Origin: Harriotta raleighana
Taxonomy: Eukaryota
Length of the DNA: 64,000 nucleotides
Direction: 5' to 3'
Assembly (NCBI GenBank): GCA_050575255.1
Contig: JBNZDD010013656.1
Span: 2,043,485 to 2,107,484 of the forward strand
The notes under the pieces are model-generated. The model was not told where the DNA came from. It worked only from the letters and a program-made list of their open reading frames with translations, and did not search any database. Below are positions 1 through 12,294 of the stretch, in pieces. Each line of letters opens with the position of its first letter. Position 1 is the first letter of the stretch. A program made the translations under genes and the position numbers.

Positions 1-12
1 ATAGCAATACTT

Positions 13-18
13 TTTATT
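13..18 (-). terminator. Candidate HoxA7 polyadenylation signal
   Basis: AATAAA on the minus strand in an AU-rich context about 1.37 kb after the stop codon. Confidence 0.5.
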
Positions 19-356
19 TAATGTTTAAGAAATGTACATGTTTTATAACACAAAAGTATATTTTTATGTTTTACTGCAATTCCCAACCACTAATATGACA
101 TGTCTGCTTACTTTTTTTTTACAGAAATGTCTTTAATACAGTACTAAAGCAGTCTTTCCACGTCAAATGCAAAACCAAGATCTGGGTAGCTCTGGTTATT
201 TTGAACTTTTAAAGTGTGCACTTTATTACAAAAACATACATCGAAGAATAATTCACATTTTTATAACTGCCAGATTATATGTATGTTCCACGAACGTGGA
301 AAAAAAACAGGACCTCTAAACGAATATGAACCAGAAGAGGTGATTGTTAAAACATT

Positions 357-410
357 TAGGTAGTTTTTCATATAGATGTGCAAGTAATCCACTATTGTGG
401 TTTAGGTAGT
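357..410 (-). promoter_or_regulatory. Two miR-196 8mer target sites, distal HoxA7 3'UTR
   Basis: Plus-strand TAGGTAGT at 357-364 and 403-410 equals ACUACCUA in the mRNA. Confidence 0.85.
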
Positions 411-1249
411 TACATTTCATTGCTCTGCGAATCAACCTCTGCATTTGCTGATTGATCCGCGATTTGCTGAGTAAACGGATACATCGAGAAATCAACCTGT
501 TAAAATTGTGTCTGGAGTAAACAAAGAGTTTGAGAAGAAAAATAGCATTGCAGCTTTCCCTTCATTGTGGGAGCTGATGTTTTTTGTGGTTTAAACATTT
601 AATTTCCAGTTGAATTAAAATGAATGATTATCACCATAGCACTGGTACTCGTGTGAATCAAAGTGATCAACAGAATATTTTTGTAAAAATGTATATTTAT
701 AAAAAAAATTAAAGTAGAGAGAATAATTCTCAGGAACAGTTCAGTGCAAGAGATTATATGGTAGCATGGAGTGTTTAGCATTAGATAGTGACTATAATTG
801 TTTTCTGTGCTTGCTGCTGTTATTCTTTCTTTTTGTATTAACGCAGATACAGATTCTAAATCCAATCCTAATAATTTTATCCTTTTCATTTTACTGGTTC
901 CCACACATTTCTGCATGCATTACCATTCATTTCATTGCTGCCAATGCGGATTCTGAATTTCAGTTCAATTTTATTTACTTCTGCCCTAACACCGCAACTC
1001 AATTTAACTCCATTTGTGTTTACCGCTTCGCTCGCAGAGTCCAATTCCCACTCTGAATCGAACTCCCAATTAATTTCACTGATTCGCAGATTCCGAATCC
1101 ATTTCCGACCTATAACACATTTATAGACATCGATTCTGAACCCAATTCCTACTTGTTTTACCCCACGCGTCTGTGCATCCAGTACTATTGAGAGAATAAT
1201 CTTATATTCAACTTGAAACCATGAATACCAAAGAGGTTACGAAAACATA

Positions 1250-1316
1250 TAGGTAGTATTATCATACGTGCTAAAGCACAGGATTTCTTCATAGTCCACT
1301 ATTGTGGTTAGGTAGT
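1250..1316 (-). promoter_or_regulatory. Two miR-196 8mer target sites, proximal HoxA7 3'UTR
   Basis: Plus-strand TAGGTAGT at 1250-1257 and 1309-1316. Confidence 0.85.
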
Positions 1317-1387
1317 TTAATGTCACAGTTAGTTGTTGCAGAACAACTTCACATGTTTGAAACATTTCTGGATCCATGGAGGAAGTC

Positions 1388-1759
<372 letters not shown>

Positions 1760-2872
1760 TTATAATTAAAAGCTTTAATGTTTATTGCAAAATGATTCCC
1801 ACGTATAAACAGCCCTGTGTAAGGTTTCAGATGCACGTCAATATTTGGAGATTTCGGCGGTTTCTTGTTCTGAGCCAAAGGTATTGTTTACACATTCTGT
1901 GTCTTCAAAGCTTCAATGGTCGGGATATATGAGTCTGAGAAGGAAATATAAATGATTTATATTCTCATTGTTTTCCGTGTGAGTCTCTGTCGTATTTTGC
2001 CTCAGATAAATGAAGCTGGGGGTAAGGTTGAATTTGCATCAAACTGTATTTTTTGCTGTTTCTGAATGGAAGTTTTGCCAGCGTAAAAAAAAATACAGTT
2101 GGCAAATAGCCAACCAACACAAATAAACAAGTTTCATATCAATATAAAACAATCAAAACTTTTTTTTTAAAACGATTGCCAGCAGTCACAGAATGAACAT
2201 TTCCACACCGGTTTTCGAATGGGGGTGAAGCCAACGAGGTTACAATGGTGTCATTCTATGTGTGATTCTTTGAATGTGTAAATGTGCTGTTATTGACGCC
2301 AGCAAAGGGGAAATTGTCCATTTCCACTGACGGGAAATTCCTCTGTATTGAAGCACTGCTAAAAAAAAAATGAACCAACTACCAGACATTTCATCTGAAC
2401 CAAGGGCTCTTTCTTGAGGTGAAAAGCAATAAAGTAATTTCTTAAATGCCAAATCGACCTTGCTTTCTCTGCAAATGTGTGTTAGTCCTGGAACATATCA
2501 CTTCTATATATACTTGTGAATACAAGAATTTTCCCCGGCTAAAAAGGGTTCCCATTGATGCTAATAAAAGGGTGGGGGGGGGGGGGGGGGGGGGNGGGGG
2601 GGGGGGGGGGGGGGGGGGGGTAAACAAGCAATATGTGAGTTGCTGTTAACTTTAAAGGAGCGGAAGTCGAGTGCTTTTACGAGGATTGTACTGATTAATT
2701 GTGCAATAAAAGTTTTATGATTGCTATCTGCATACAATGCCACATGCGTTTGAGGAACTGAGCTGAGCCATCATTAAAACTCTTTTAACTACTTTAAGGA
2801 TGTAACTGGCGTTCATCTTAGCCGGCCGTTTATATGGCCATCTCGTAGCTATGTTACATTTATGTCCCATAC

Positions 2873-3266
2873 CTGCATTCCTCATCCAGGGGTAAATCCG
2901 GAAATTGCTCTCTGCTTGAGGGTGCACGTTTGTCTGATCCAATTTTTCGCAACCCTGTTTGCTCAGATCGCTGCAAAGAACTGGAATGTTCTGGTCTAGG
3001 GAGGAGCAGCGCAGGTTGTAGGAATCTGAGTTTAGGGTATAACCTGTGTTGTACATGGAAGGGCCGTGATAGATTGCACTGTTCACATTGTACAGGCCGG
3101 CCATCGGGGCTGGGAAGGCGCCGGCGCCCGCTCCATAGCCCGACCTTTGTGAGTTGGTGGCAAAGGCGCAAGAAGTTGCTTCAGTAAAGCCACTCGCGTT
3201 CTGGAAAACCGATGTCCCCGCCGTATATTTGGGGAAAAGAGCGTTCACATAATACGACGAACTCAT
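2873..3266 (-). CDS. HOXA7: HoxA7 exon 1
   Basis: Starts MSSSYYVNALFPKY and ends with the hexapeptide NFRIYPWMRNA, then donor G|GTATGG. 394 nt, phase 1. Confidence 0.96.
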
Positions 3267-3460
3267 AATTTTGTCTGGTGATTTGTTGGCCGAGACTCTT
3301 CAGTGTCGGTTTTACGAGATAGCGTGATATATGGCAGCATTACACCCAGATTTACACCAAACACCCATTTTCCTTCGGCCCCTCTTATTTCTATTCACGT
3401 GACCCCCCCCACCACCACCCCCCTCCCACCCCACCATGTGATCCCGCCATCCAATAGCAT
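3267..3460 (-). promoter_or_regulatory. HoxA7 5'UTR and proximal promoter
   Basis: TTTTACGAG posterior-Hox-type site at about 3310-3318, E-box CACGTG at 3396-3401 and CCAAT at 3451-3455, directly upstream of the ATG. Confidence 0.55.
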
Positions 3461-6206
3461 CCCGAGACACTGCTGGTAAATATCAGCTTCTCACATTATT
3501 CTCAAAATAAAAGTAGGAAAACACAAACATCAGATGCGGTGTCACAACAACAAGGTTGTGAAAGCCTTCAGATACCCCCCCCCCCCCCCCACACCCTCCC
3601 TCCCTCCCTTTCTTTAAAAAGAAAGTGGAATAATTACGTTCAAACAGAACCTTTGGGAATGATTCCAGTTCCCTCCCTCTCTCCCTCCCTTCCCTCACAT
3701 CTGTGTAGGTTTGGGAATCTTGGGAAATCACAGGTACGGTTTGAAAAATCCAGATGAAACAATAAGATTTCCAATGTATTTAATAAACTGTTCAGCCCCA
3801 CACTAACAACGATGGGGGGGGTGGGGGGTGGGGGGGCACATGTGGGCATTGGTTTCGCTCCCTCAATAAAGTAAACCCGTCGAAGCATAAATCACTCACT
3901 CTTAATTCCTCGGGGTTACAAATCGTTATTTTTGCACTTGCTTTGATACATAATGTTAAAAGCTTTCTTTTTTTGGTGGGGGAGGAGGGGGGGATATCNC
4001 TGTTCTACAAATATGTTATTGTTGTCTTTACCCCTCCCTCTTTCCCGTTTCCTCGTCGTCGTCTCCCCCCCCCCCCCCCCCCCCCCCCATTCCCCTACAG
4101 AAACATGAGTAGGTGAAGCAACGCTAAAACTGTTAACACCATCGATTAATTATCAGTGGGATCTAATCTCTAGATTATAGCACAGGATACTGCAAGGTTT
4201 TAGCGGAGCAATAAACGCCAGAGGATATAGACTGTAGGACATCTCCGGGACCTTCACCGTGAAGCCAGCATCTCCTTATTAGCTTCTTCAGTCGAGGGTT
4301 TTTAAAAAAAAGATTTCCAGACGTGTTGCATATTGATTCCCTCTACAGTGCACAATATCAGACAAGAGACCGTGTTTCTTTCTGCTGTTACCAGTGCCAC
4401 AACTGTTCTGTGACAATCTTTCCGAGTTGCTAGGTAATCTGACCAAATCCCCGAGGGGGAATTGCCCCTGCATCATTTCCTCCTTCTGTTTTACAACTTT
4501 TTTTCCTCCCCCCCCCATCCCCCCCCCCTCCAATCCTCTCATTAAATCACAGAACTTGTTTCCGAAGCCGTTTTGCACAGTTTATTTGTAAACTCATGCT
4601 TTCTGCCGACTGCTTTCCCCTCGCTTTCACGCGGGAATTCCCGCAATGCGAATGATTCACGTGTACGTTCATTACACACTATATTTTAGTCAAGACTGAA
4701 TTCGGAATGCCTTGAATTTGCCTCAAAAGAAACGCCTCGTAAAGTCACCATTCTGTAACACTCTTTTTGCCGTATAGAAGGATAGACATAAATAATTATC
4801 AGAATATACGGTGATTTCGCCGCGATTCCCCACGCAAACCTTTCCAAAGCATTTCCGCTAATATTGTAAAAAAAAATTCTCGTTTGATCTCTGGAGACAC
4901 TTATAACGGGAAGCAAGCTTTGTGCTGAGCAGACAGGGTCTGCCTCATTGTGGGGATGTTTTAGCATGAGGTTAGTGTGCTAACTGTATTCGTCTCTCGC
5001 TCGTTTAAGCAATCTTCGTTTGAAAAAAAAACACATTTAACCCAGAACATTTATCTGTTATCTCCATCTTAGATTAAGCAGTACAGTAATTGGAGTGTTC
5101 CGGGAAGCGAATGAACTTCCCCCCCAAAATATATTCCTTGGAAAGACCCAGTAGTTTTTGAAATGCTTCACCAAATGGAGAGAGATGTGCGAATTCTTTT
5201 TTTTTTAAATTCTTTCAAAAATTTCAATAGTTTCACTCATGGATATCATGGATATTACTGCTGTCGATTGTGAGAAATGAGTGTAATTTAAACGTTTTCA
5301 TTTTTGTCTTCAGGTCTGAAAATACCTCACTGAAAAGTATGTCGCCAGTAGAGGTTATACTTTCTGTGATAAACAGCGAAGAAACGATGGAAAGTAAAAG
5401 CAATGCAAACACGCGAATATCTGCAAATCCACATAGTTAGAATAAAATAAGATGCATTATCAGGAAGCACATTAGAAATAGAGATGGTGGGTTTATTTGA
5501 TTACACTGTATGACCACGTTTTCAACAAAAGAATGATGTAAACTTAAGGAAACATTCACTGCGAGGGTGGACAAACGTGCAGATTTCCAGAATAATGCAA
5601 AACAGATGGTTTGGAACAGCTGAATTTTTTCTCTCTTCTGTTTTGTAATTTACTCCGACCTTAAACCCAAAGATTGGCAGAGTGGTAAGCTTCTTAGCAC
5701 TTTGTAAGGAAAGCATTGTTATTGCACTCTCCCCACTCGTGTGCTTTAAGCAGCCTTTGTTTTTTCCCCCCCAAAATATAGCTTCGATGTGGTATTTTGT
5801 GCACGATTTTAATTAGGACTGTTTTACATTACATCAACCTTCACTGTTGGGAAAACGTTCAAAAATACGCTTACGTCTGCAAACAATCTAAATCCACTTT
5901 TCTTCATTAATACAAAAGTCCGACCGCATTGATGTGTGTATTGCCCTGAAGTTAATTACAAAACAAAGACAAATATATGTATAGTTAAATTGCTGTGGTC
6001 ATCATTTCAAGTTTGCTCACATAAACTCTGTTAGCTGTGTTGTTTATAGAAAATAACAGGTTTCTATATGTTTGCGGATCAAGACTGAAACAACATGCCA
6101 GCACAAAGCTAAAATATGATGAATTAGTGAGAGCTGCAGATCATAGTAATCATTTTTCAAGAATTCGAAATTTAGGCAAATATGATCAGGTAGAAATTTA
6201 AATTAG

Positions 6207-6430
6207 GAATACACATATAAGTATGCATACAAATATAGAGGAACATATATACAAACTAAAATACTTATGCATAAGCCTGCATACATACATGCGTAAATGC
6301 ATACAATCAAAAATACATGCATATACATACTTACATGCATATGTACATACATCCGTGCGTGCATGTGTGTATGCATACAGACACACACATGCATGCATAC
6401 ATGTATTACAAACGCATGCATTCATACATA
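6207..6430. repeat. Degenerate (ATAC/GCAT)n purine-pyrimidine microsatellite
   Basis: Runs of atacatacatgcatgc; the source of spurious ORFs at 6198-6507. Confidence 0.85.
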
Positions 6431-7639
6431 TTAGTGTAATTTTATTGTTATCATCACGTCGTAATCATTTTACCTTATTTGTATATTTAATTGTAGATTT
6501 TTGCTGATATTGGAGGCAGTGTTTTTCAATTTTTTAATTTTTTTGATATGAACACAGATTCTCTACTATTATTTCACTGCGTTAATACAAGGAATGATTA
6601 CGGTTGATTAAAAAATATATATTATATCATGTACTTATCGAGGACAAGAAAGCGAGAGAATCATTGCAACAATCGTTGTTAGTCTGCTGCTCAGAACATA
6701 GCTCATCAAAACCCATAATTGTGGAATTCACCAGCAAAGAAGGAAAGTAATCGGAGAATATTCTCCATTTACATACAATTTAATAAGAATTCATATCGTT
6801 CTGTACAAAGTTCAATGCAAATATTTATGTTGTTTATAATGTGGTCTAATTTGAAACGCATTGTTTAACCAGAAATGATTACTATGTATTTATAATAAAA
6901 ATATGAGTGTTTTCCCACTACTTTTTGATTTCTATGTAATATCGGATTAAAATGCAACACGATAATTAAAACGGATTGTATTACATATGCAAATAAAATT
7001 TTATATACGTTTTTGTTTACAATTGCACTGAACCTTTCGAGAAAGTGTAAAGCCGAATATTAGTTTGGTACAGATGAACTGAAAGGATAATTATTGCCAA
7101 AATAAAAGTAAGTGAAAATATTTCAATCCCAAACATTTGTTTTGGGTTCAAGTTGGGTCCCTCCCCCTCTAAAAATGTGAATTGAGTGCAACAATCTGGA
7201 AACCTTTCATGAGGTTTCCTAGCTAAAGATTTCGATTTCCTTTGGGTGAGGAAAATTAAGTGACTTTATTGAAATGTAACAATCACCTTACATAAAAAGG
7301 AACACGCTTTAGTTTTAGACAGTGATTGTAAAGTTACGCAACATCATATACATTCAAACAGCAGCACAAATCAATCTCTCCATTTGTAAAATAAACCTAG
7401 ATTTTGTGCACTCCCAACTGTACTGAACATTGGTTTCGCCCACTGACCAGTGTTGTTTAAAAGCTTTATCTGGATTTTCCCAATCAAGCCTCTTTGTTGC
7501 CTTCGGAGACGAAAGGATCCTGATGATGCTGTGACAGTTAACATACACTTAAACATAGTAAACACGTAGTTTACAATGAGTTAATATATCACAGTTATAC
7601 TATAATTACACACGAATTTTGAATGTGGTTTAAGGTTGA

Positions 7640-7790
7640 ACAGAAATCCCGTCTTATCTATTTGTTTCTCTCACTTCATCTTTTTTATGTCTTTTTCGTG
7701 TGTTGCTTTATAGGGACAATAATATAATTCTACAAATCTTTACACTCTGGCTCTATCTTACATCCGCATCGCTCTGCCCGTGGCTGTTCC
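7640..7790 (-). pseudogene. Candidate highly decayed HoxA8 homeobox exon
   Basis: Minus strand after an acceptor-like CAG: ATGR/RCGCK...ELYYCPY/TRKRH/KMK*EKQIDK..F, versus Hox8 AAGRRRGRQ...EFLFNPYLTRKRR...RMKWKKENNKDKF. Needs several indels and a central deletion. Confidence 0.4.
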
Positions 7791-8332
7791 TGCATGAAAC
7801 AAGGTGCATCTGGTAATTATCTATTTCAAATGTAATATCCGTAAAATATTAAATTTTGTCCTCTAAAAATTCTACTGGAAATGTATGTTAACGTATTAAA
7901 TATGAAAACTACATGAATATTAATTATAAAGCAAGAGTGCGCCGAATAATATTGATGTTACTTCTCCGACTTGAAGAATAAGTCACAAATTAAAACTCAA
8001 GTACGTGTAAAGGCCTCGTTATAACCTTATCAGACCCAGGAATCATTTTCCTTCCTACACCCGGAATAATAGGCGGCATTCGAGATTGAATAAAACTCAA
8101 TGAACCGCAAATTTATTTCTTAACCGTGTGAGCAAATTGGTCTTTAAACATGTTGTTAGATTCCAAATCTGTATACTTCATTGACCTCGGTGTTTTTTTC
8201 TCATGTGTCATTCGTAGGAGAAGATTTTCCTCCTATTTACAAGCTGCTGCATAAATAAATCCAACCTTAAGGTGGCTATTGCATTATTTGGCAGCTTGGG
8301 GGCACTGTTTTTGTATTTTTCGGTGGATTAAC

Positions 8333-8348
8333 ACTGCCATCTGCTGGA
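8333..8348 (-). promoter_or_regulatory. CTCF-like motif between HoxA7 and HoxA9
   Basis: Minus strand TCCAGCAGATGGCAGT matches the CCASYAGRKGGCRS consensus. Confidence 0.65.
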
Positions 8349-8795
8349 TATAAAAGGAAGTGACAAGAGGAAATCGCTTTCAACGAGAATGAATAAAAAG
8401 ACATTTGTTTTCGTCAATCTGCAGGCTAAATATGAAAATTAGCGACTATACATATATGACCACATTCCCTTTTTTATATATAAATCAAATTTAATTGCAA
8501 ATAGTTTTCTTCCAGCCCTGCTTTAAAATTGCTAAAAGACCTTTTTACACCAGATTATAAATTAGCAAAGGGATATTTGAGGGGCCCACGTTAGAGACGA
8601 GACTAATAAAGGTCGTTATTTCCGCAGACCCTTTTGTCTAAGCAGCCAGACAAAACAAATGGATGGCCTTCTCTGGAAAGATACTGATTGTAGCTGGACA
8701 GTTGTAAACTCATTAAAACCTGAATTCCAGACGACTTACCAGACCCTTCGTTTTATTGCGAGTCTCCCCGTTTAGTCTTTGAAGTTCGCTCTGCA

Positions 8796-8810
8796 ACAAC
8801 AGAGGGCGCC
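8796..8810 (+). promoter_or_regulatory. CTCF-like motif between HoxA7 and HoxA9
   Basis: ACAACAGAGGGCGCC. Confidence 0.5.
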
Positions 8811-10385
8811 TCAGCATTACAGCCCTCTGGACTGAACACGAAAATAAAAAGGCAGTTCAGGTTTAGCAGCTATTTTAATAATCCCACCGAAAAGAGCATT
8901 TTCGTAATAGTTGATGCTCAATACAACTGGCCGCAGCCTCACACTGAATTCTCCAAATGTGTGATCGTCAGTGTCTTGTTTACGTGCTTCGCCCCTTAAC
9001 CTCCAGTGTTTTACACCCCATAAACGCTTACAGCAGTCATTTTCTTTTATTGCGGTACAACACTCAGAATTTTACTAACGACAGCCTTTGCCAAGACATG
9101 CAACTACTGGGGCCTTTCTGTCCAGTTTCCAAACCATTCGAGTTCCACTAAATCTATCCAAACTGTCTTCGGGATTTTTTTTTTAAAAAAGCTACTAGGC
9201 ATCCTTGTTCTTGGAAGGGAAGTTGATTTAACGGGCAGGCCGGGCACATTTTATATCGGTAAGATGTCTTGACTAAGACTAATTTAACTTTATTTGGTTC
9301 CTAAGTATTTGATTCTAGTGCTGGGTAGTTGAGAAGTACCGGCAGGATTGTAGCCAAGACATTGTTTTAACATTGCTTTTTAATAATATGCTTAAATCGA
9401 AGAACTTTGAAATTGCTTCAAGAGTCAAGTTAAGGTTCTTACTCCATTTCCAGTAAAACAACGGCTTAAATAAATAACTCACAGCCAATGTTACAAACAA
9501 CTGCAAATACGAATAAGCTAACATTGTTTGTTATTAAATCGTTTTTCCATTTTCAGAGCTATTTGGTGAGAATTGCATGTTAAGCTCACATCTACTTGAA
9601 TTTATCTCACTAACAAGATGTTTCAGCCGTGGTTTGTATTTCTTGTTTCTCTCCGAAATCCCATTTTCAGTTCAATTGAAATGACCCAGTAAATATTGCA
9701 CTCTAGCTGTTCAAGTGATAAAGTACTTCCTAATATTGATGGACAAGGCGCAAACCTTCAGTTAATTTTTTAACTGTTTGAATTTTTGAAAACGCATGAT
9801 GTTGTCGTAAGATTGTCACAACTCCAGTTACTCTTGTTGCAATATGCACTTCGAAACCAGCGTTGTGTGTTTAATAATTCGCTTAAAGGGGATAATCTTG
9901 CCAGTAATTGTTTTATTCTTTTTATTGCACTAAACTTTGAACTCCCCACTTTTGGTTTCGAAGCATATCCGCTTTACTGATGCGGTTGAAGCTTTCGTCA
10001 TGTGCCCCCCAAAAAGCAGTGACTGGTTGCAACTGAAAACTGATTTTTCTTTTCGCGTTCAGCCGTATTTTTCTTCACAATATTTTTCAATGATTAAAGG
10101 GAATGAACAAATAGCAGCCGTTGGCAGAATTAGATGCATTGCATATTCGCTGTATTTTTTTTTCCAATGGAAAACCTATGTAAATATAGTGAAACATATA
10201 TTTTATTAGACAACAAATAAAATGACATTTCATTGCAAACAGCATAGTTTGGTCAATATGCCAGGAGGTATTCATTTCAAACGTATACACAGTGTAAATG
10301 CGTTAGTTCTACAGGTCCAAAGCCAACCCTTATAAGCTCTCACTATTGCACCCAAATAGTTTTACTTGTATTGTACACAATATCG

Positions 10386-10391
10386 TTTATT
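10386..10391 (-). terminator. Candidate HoxA9 polyadenylation signal
   Basis: AATAAA on the minus strand about 1 kb after the stop codon; an alternative AATAAA lies at 10561-10566. Confidence 0.45.
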
Positions 10392-10451
10392 TGTTCAATC
10401 GTTCATAAATGCATCAAAACAATATGAAGGGTGACAGTCACACACAAAACA

Positions 10452-10482
10452 TAGGTAGTTGCTAGTTATACATATAGGTAGT
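10452..10482 (-). promoter_or_regulatory. Two miR-196 8mer target sites, HoxA9 3'UTR
   Basis: Plus-strand TAGGTAGT at 10452-10459 and 10475-10482, transcribed before the AATAAA at 10386-10391. Confidence 0.7.
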
Positions 10483-11046
10483 TTGAAACTAAAATTTATA
10501 CGTCGTTGCACCACGAAAACACCGATAAATACAAAGTTGTCTGAGAACTTTACTCGTGCTTTTATTTCAACAGACAAAAGTATCGGGTAGCATAATGCTC
10601 AGCACTGCTCTTTGAAATAAAACTTATATTAGCATTCTATGTGGTTCAGTTTCATATAATTTGTGAAGAACAACACAATCCCCATGCACCCCGGGCAAGG
10701 CCGGTACTCACAAAGACAGCATGAGCCCAGGGATTTTTCTAAATGTAATTCACTGTGAAAATAATACAATATATGTTCCAAGTTCACAACGAAACTACAT
10801 TTCATATGCACTACACAGCGGCGTTACCTTATATTAAACATCCTGAGTTAAGTTGAGACCTTTGTTTGTTTACACGACCACAAGTCAGACATCACCCAAG
10901 CACAGAGGCCCAGTCACAGAGATAATTACCACAACAGACAGACAGACACAAGGATTCAAGTATATAGACAGCCTCATTTGCTGCGTGTAAAACAACTAAT
11001 ACAGTATTACTAAATTATTGTCCACGAATAACAGTGGATTAAGAGA

Positions 11047-11061
11047 AGGTAGTTTCCATGT
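11047..11061 (-). promoter_or_regulatory. miR-196 7mer-m8 site with extended pairing, HoxA9 3'UTR
   Basis: Plus-strand AGGTAGTTTCCATGT matches miR-196 nt 2-11, then ATGT after a 1-nt bulge. Confidence 0.75.
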
Positions 11062-11368
11062 AAATAAAAGGTAGATTCCGTAACCACAGACTTTTACTTT
11101 GCCGCAAATATTTCCTTCTTTGGTTCCCAACTACAACTGAATCAACGTCCCCATCCCCCTCCCTCCCACCCCCAACTCCCCAACCTCACACACCCACTCC
11201 CCCCCCCCACAACTCCCCACCCACCCATACAGTGTCCAAAAACTGGCAAAGGAATAATTTGTGCTACTGCAAATGCAAAACGTTCCCGTGGGTGTTTTTT
11301 TTTCTTTTCTGTTTTTTGATGTGAGGCCTACTTCGATTGTNTTTTCTCTCTCTCTCTCTCTCTCCTGG

Positions 11369-11610
11369 TCACCGATCATCCTTCGGTCGTTCCTTGTTGA
11401 TTTTTTTCATCTTCATCCTCCTGTTCTGGAACCAGATTTTAACTTGTCGCTCGGTGAGATTCAGGACTCTGGCGACCTCGTATCTGCGGTCCCTTGTGAG
11501 ATACATGTTAAACAAGAATTCCTTTTCCAGCTCCAGGGTCTGATATTTAGAATAAGGGCAGCGCTTTTTCCTGGTAGATCTCGCGTGTAGCCAATTGGCG
11601 GAAGGATTGC
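11369..11610 (-). CDS. HOXA9: HoxA9 exon 2 (homeodomain)
   Basis: Acceptor CCAG|GC, then [72 protein letters not shown]. 242 nt; joined CDS 780 nt = 259 aa. Confidence 0.97.
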
Positions 11611-11709
11611 CTGGAAATATATTTAAAAATATAACTTTATTACAGCTTACCCCTTTTCGAGTTTGCTTCATGTTTTGAGTTGGAGGAATGGGGGCTATTT
11701 TGCACACAC

Positions 11710-11741
<32 letters not shown>

Positions 11742-12294
11742 AGGTGGGAGAGAGAAATTGAATTCCAGGGGCGTGTTGCTATAACTTCAGGTATGTTTAC
11801 ACATACATAAACACATACATACTTGCCCTCTGAACAGCTAACATTAATTAGGCAAATAAACTCGAAGGGAATCTGTAATTTTGTATTGATCAATTAACCC
11901 GACACGTATTCCCCCAGAAATTAAGTAGCAAAATGATGTCTAATTATGTATTGTATGGATTGTGTTTCTTCACACAGCGGCCTCGTTATCCGTAAGAATT
12001 TGCCCTTCACATAAGTACATGTATTATCAAGTCAGTTATTAGTCGCTAGCAATTTTGTTCTGGAGTGAAGGAGGGATGGTCTGTATGAACGTTAAGTATT
12101 TCGCACCAGCGTCAAAAATGCACACCACAAAAATGTGACGAAATATCACAACTACGTTTATCTTAGATAGAATAAGACAAGACTATACAACGGTTCAAAT
12201 ATACAATCCACACTGAAAAGCAATGAAAACGTGGTGGGGGTGGGTGGGTGGGGGTGAGAGGTGGGGGTGTGGAGGGGGAATTTGCCGCACTTAC

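Noticed and set aside
6198-6507. Overlapping ORFs rich in C, V, Y, M and H
   Set aside because: Translation products of an (ATAC/GCAT)n microsatellite.
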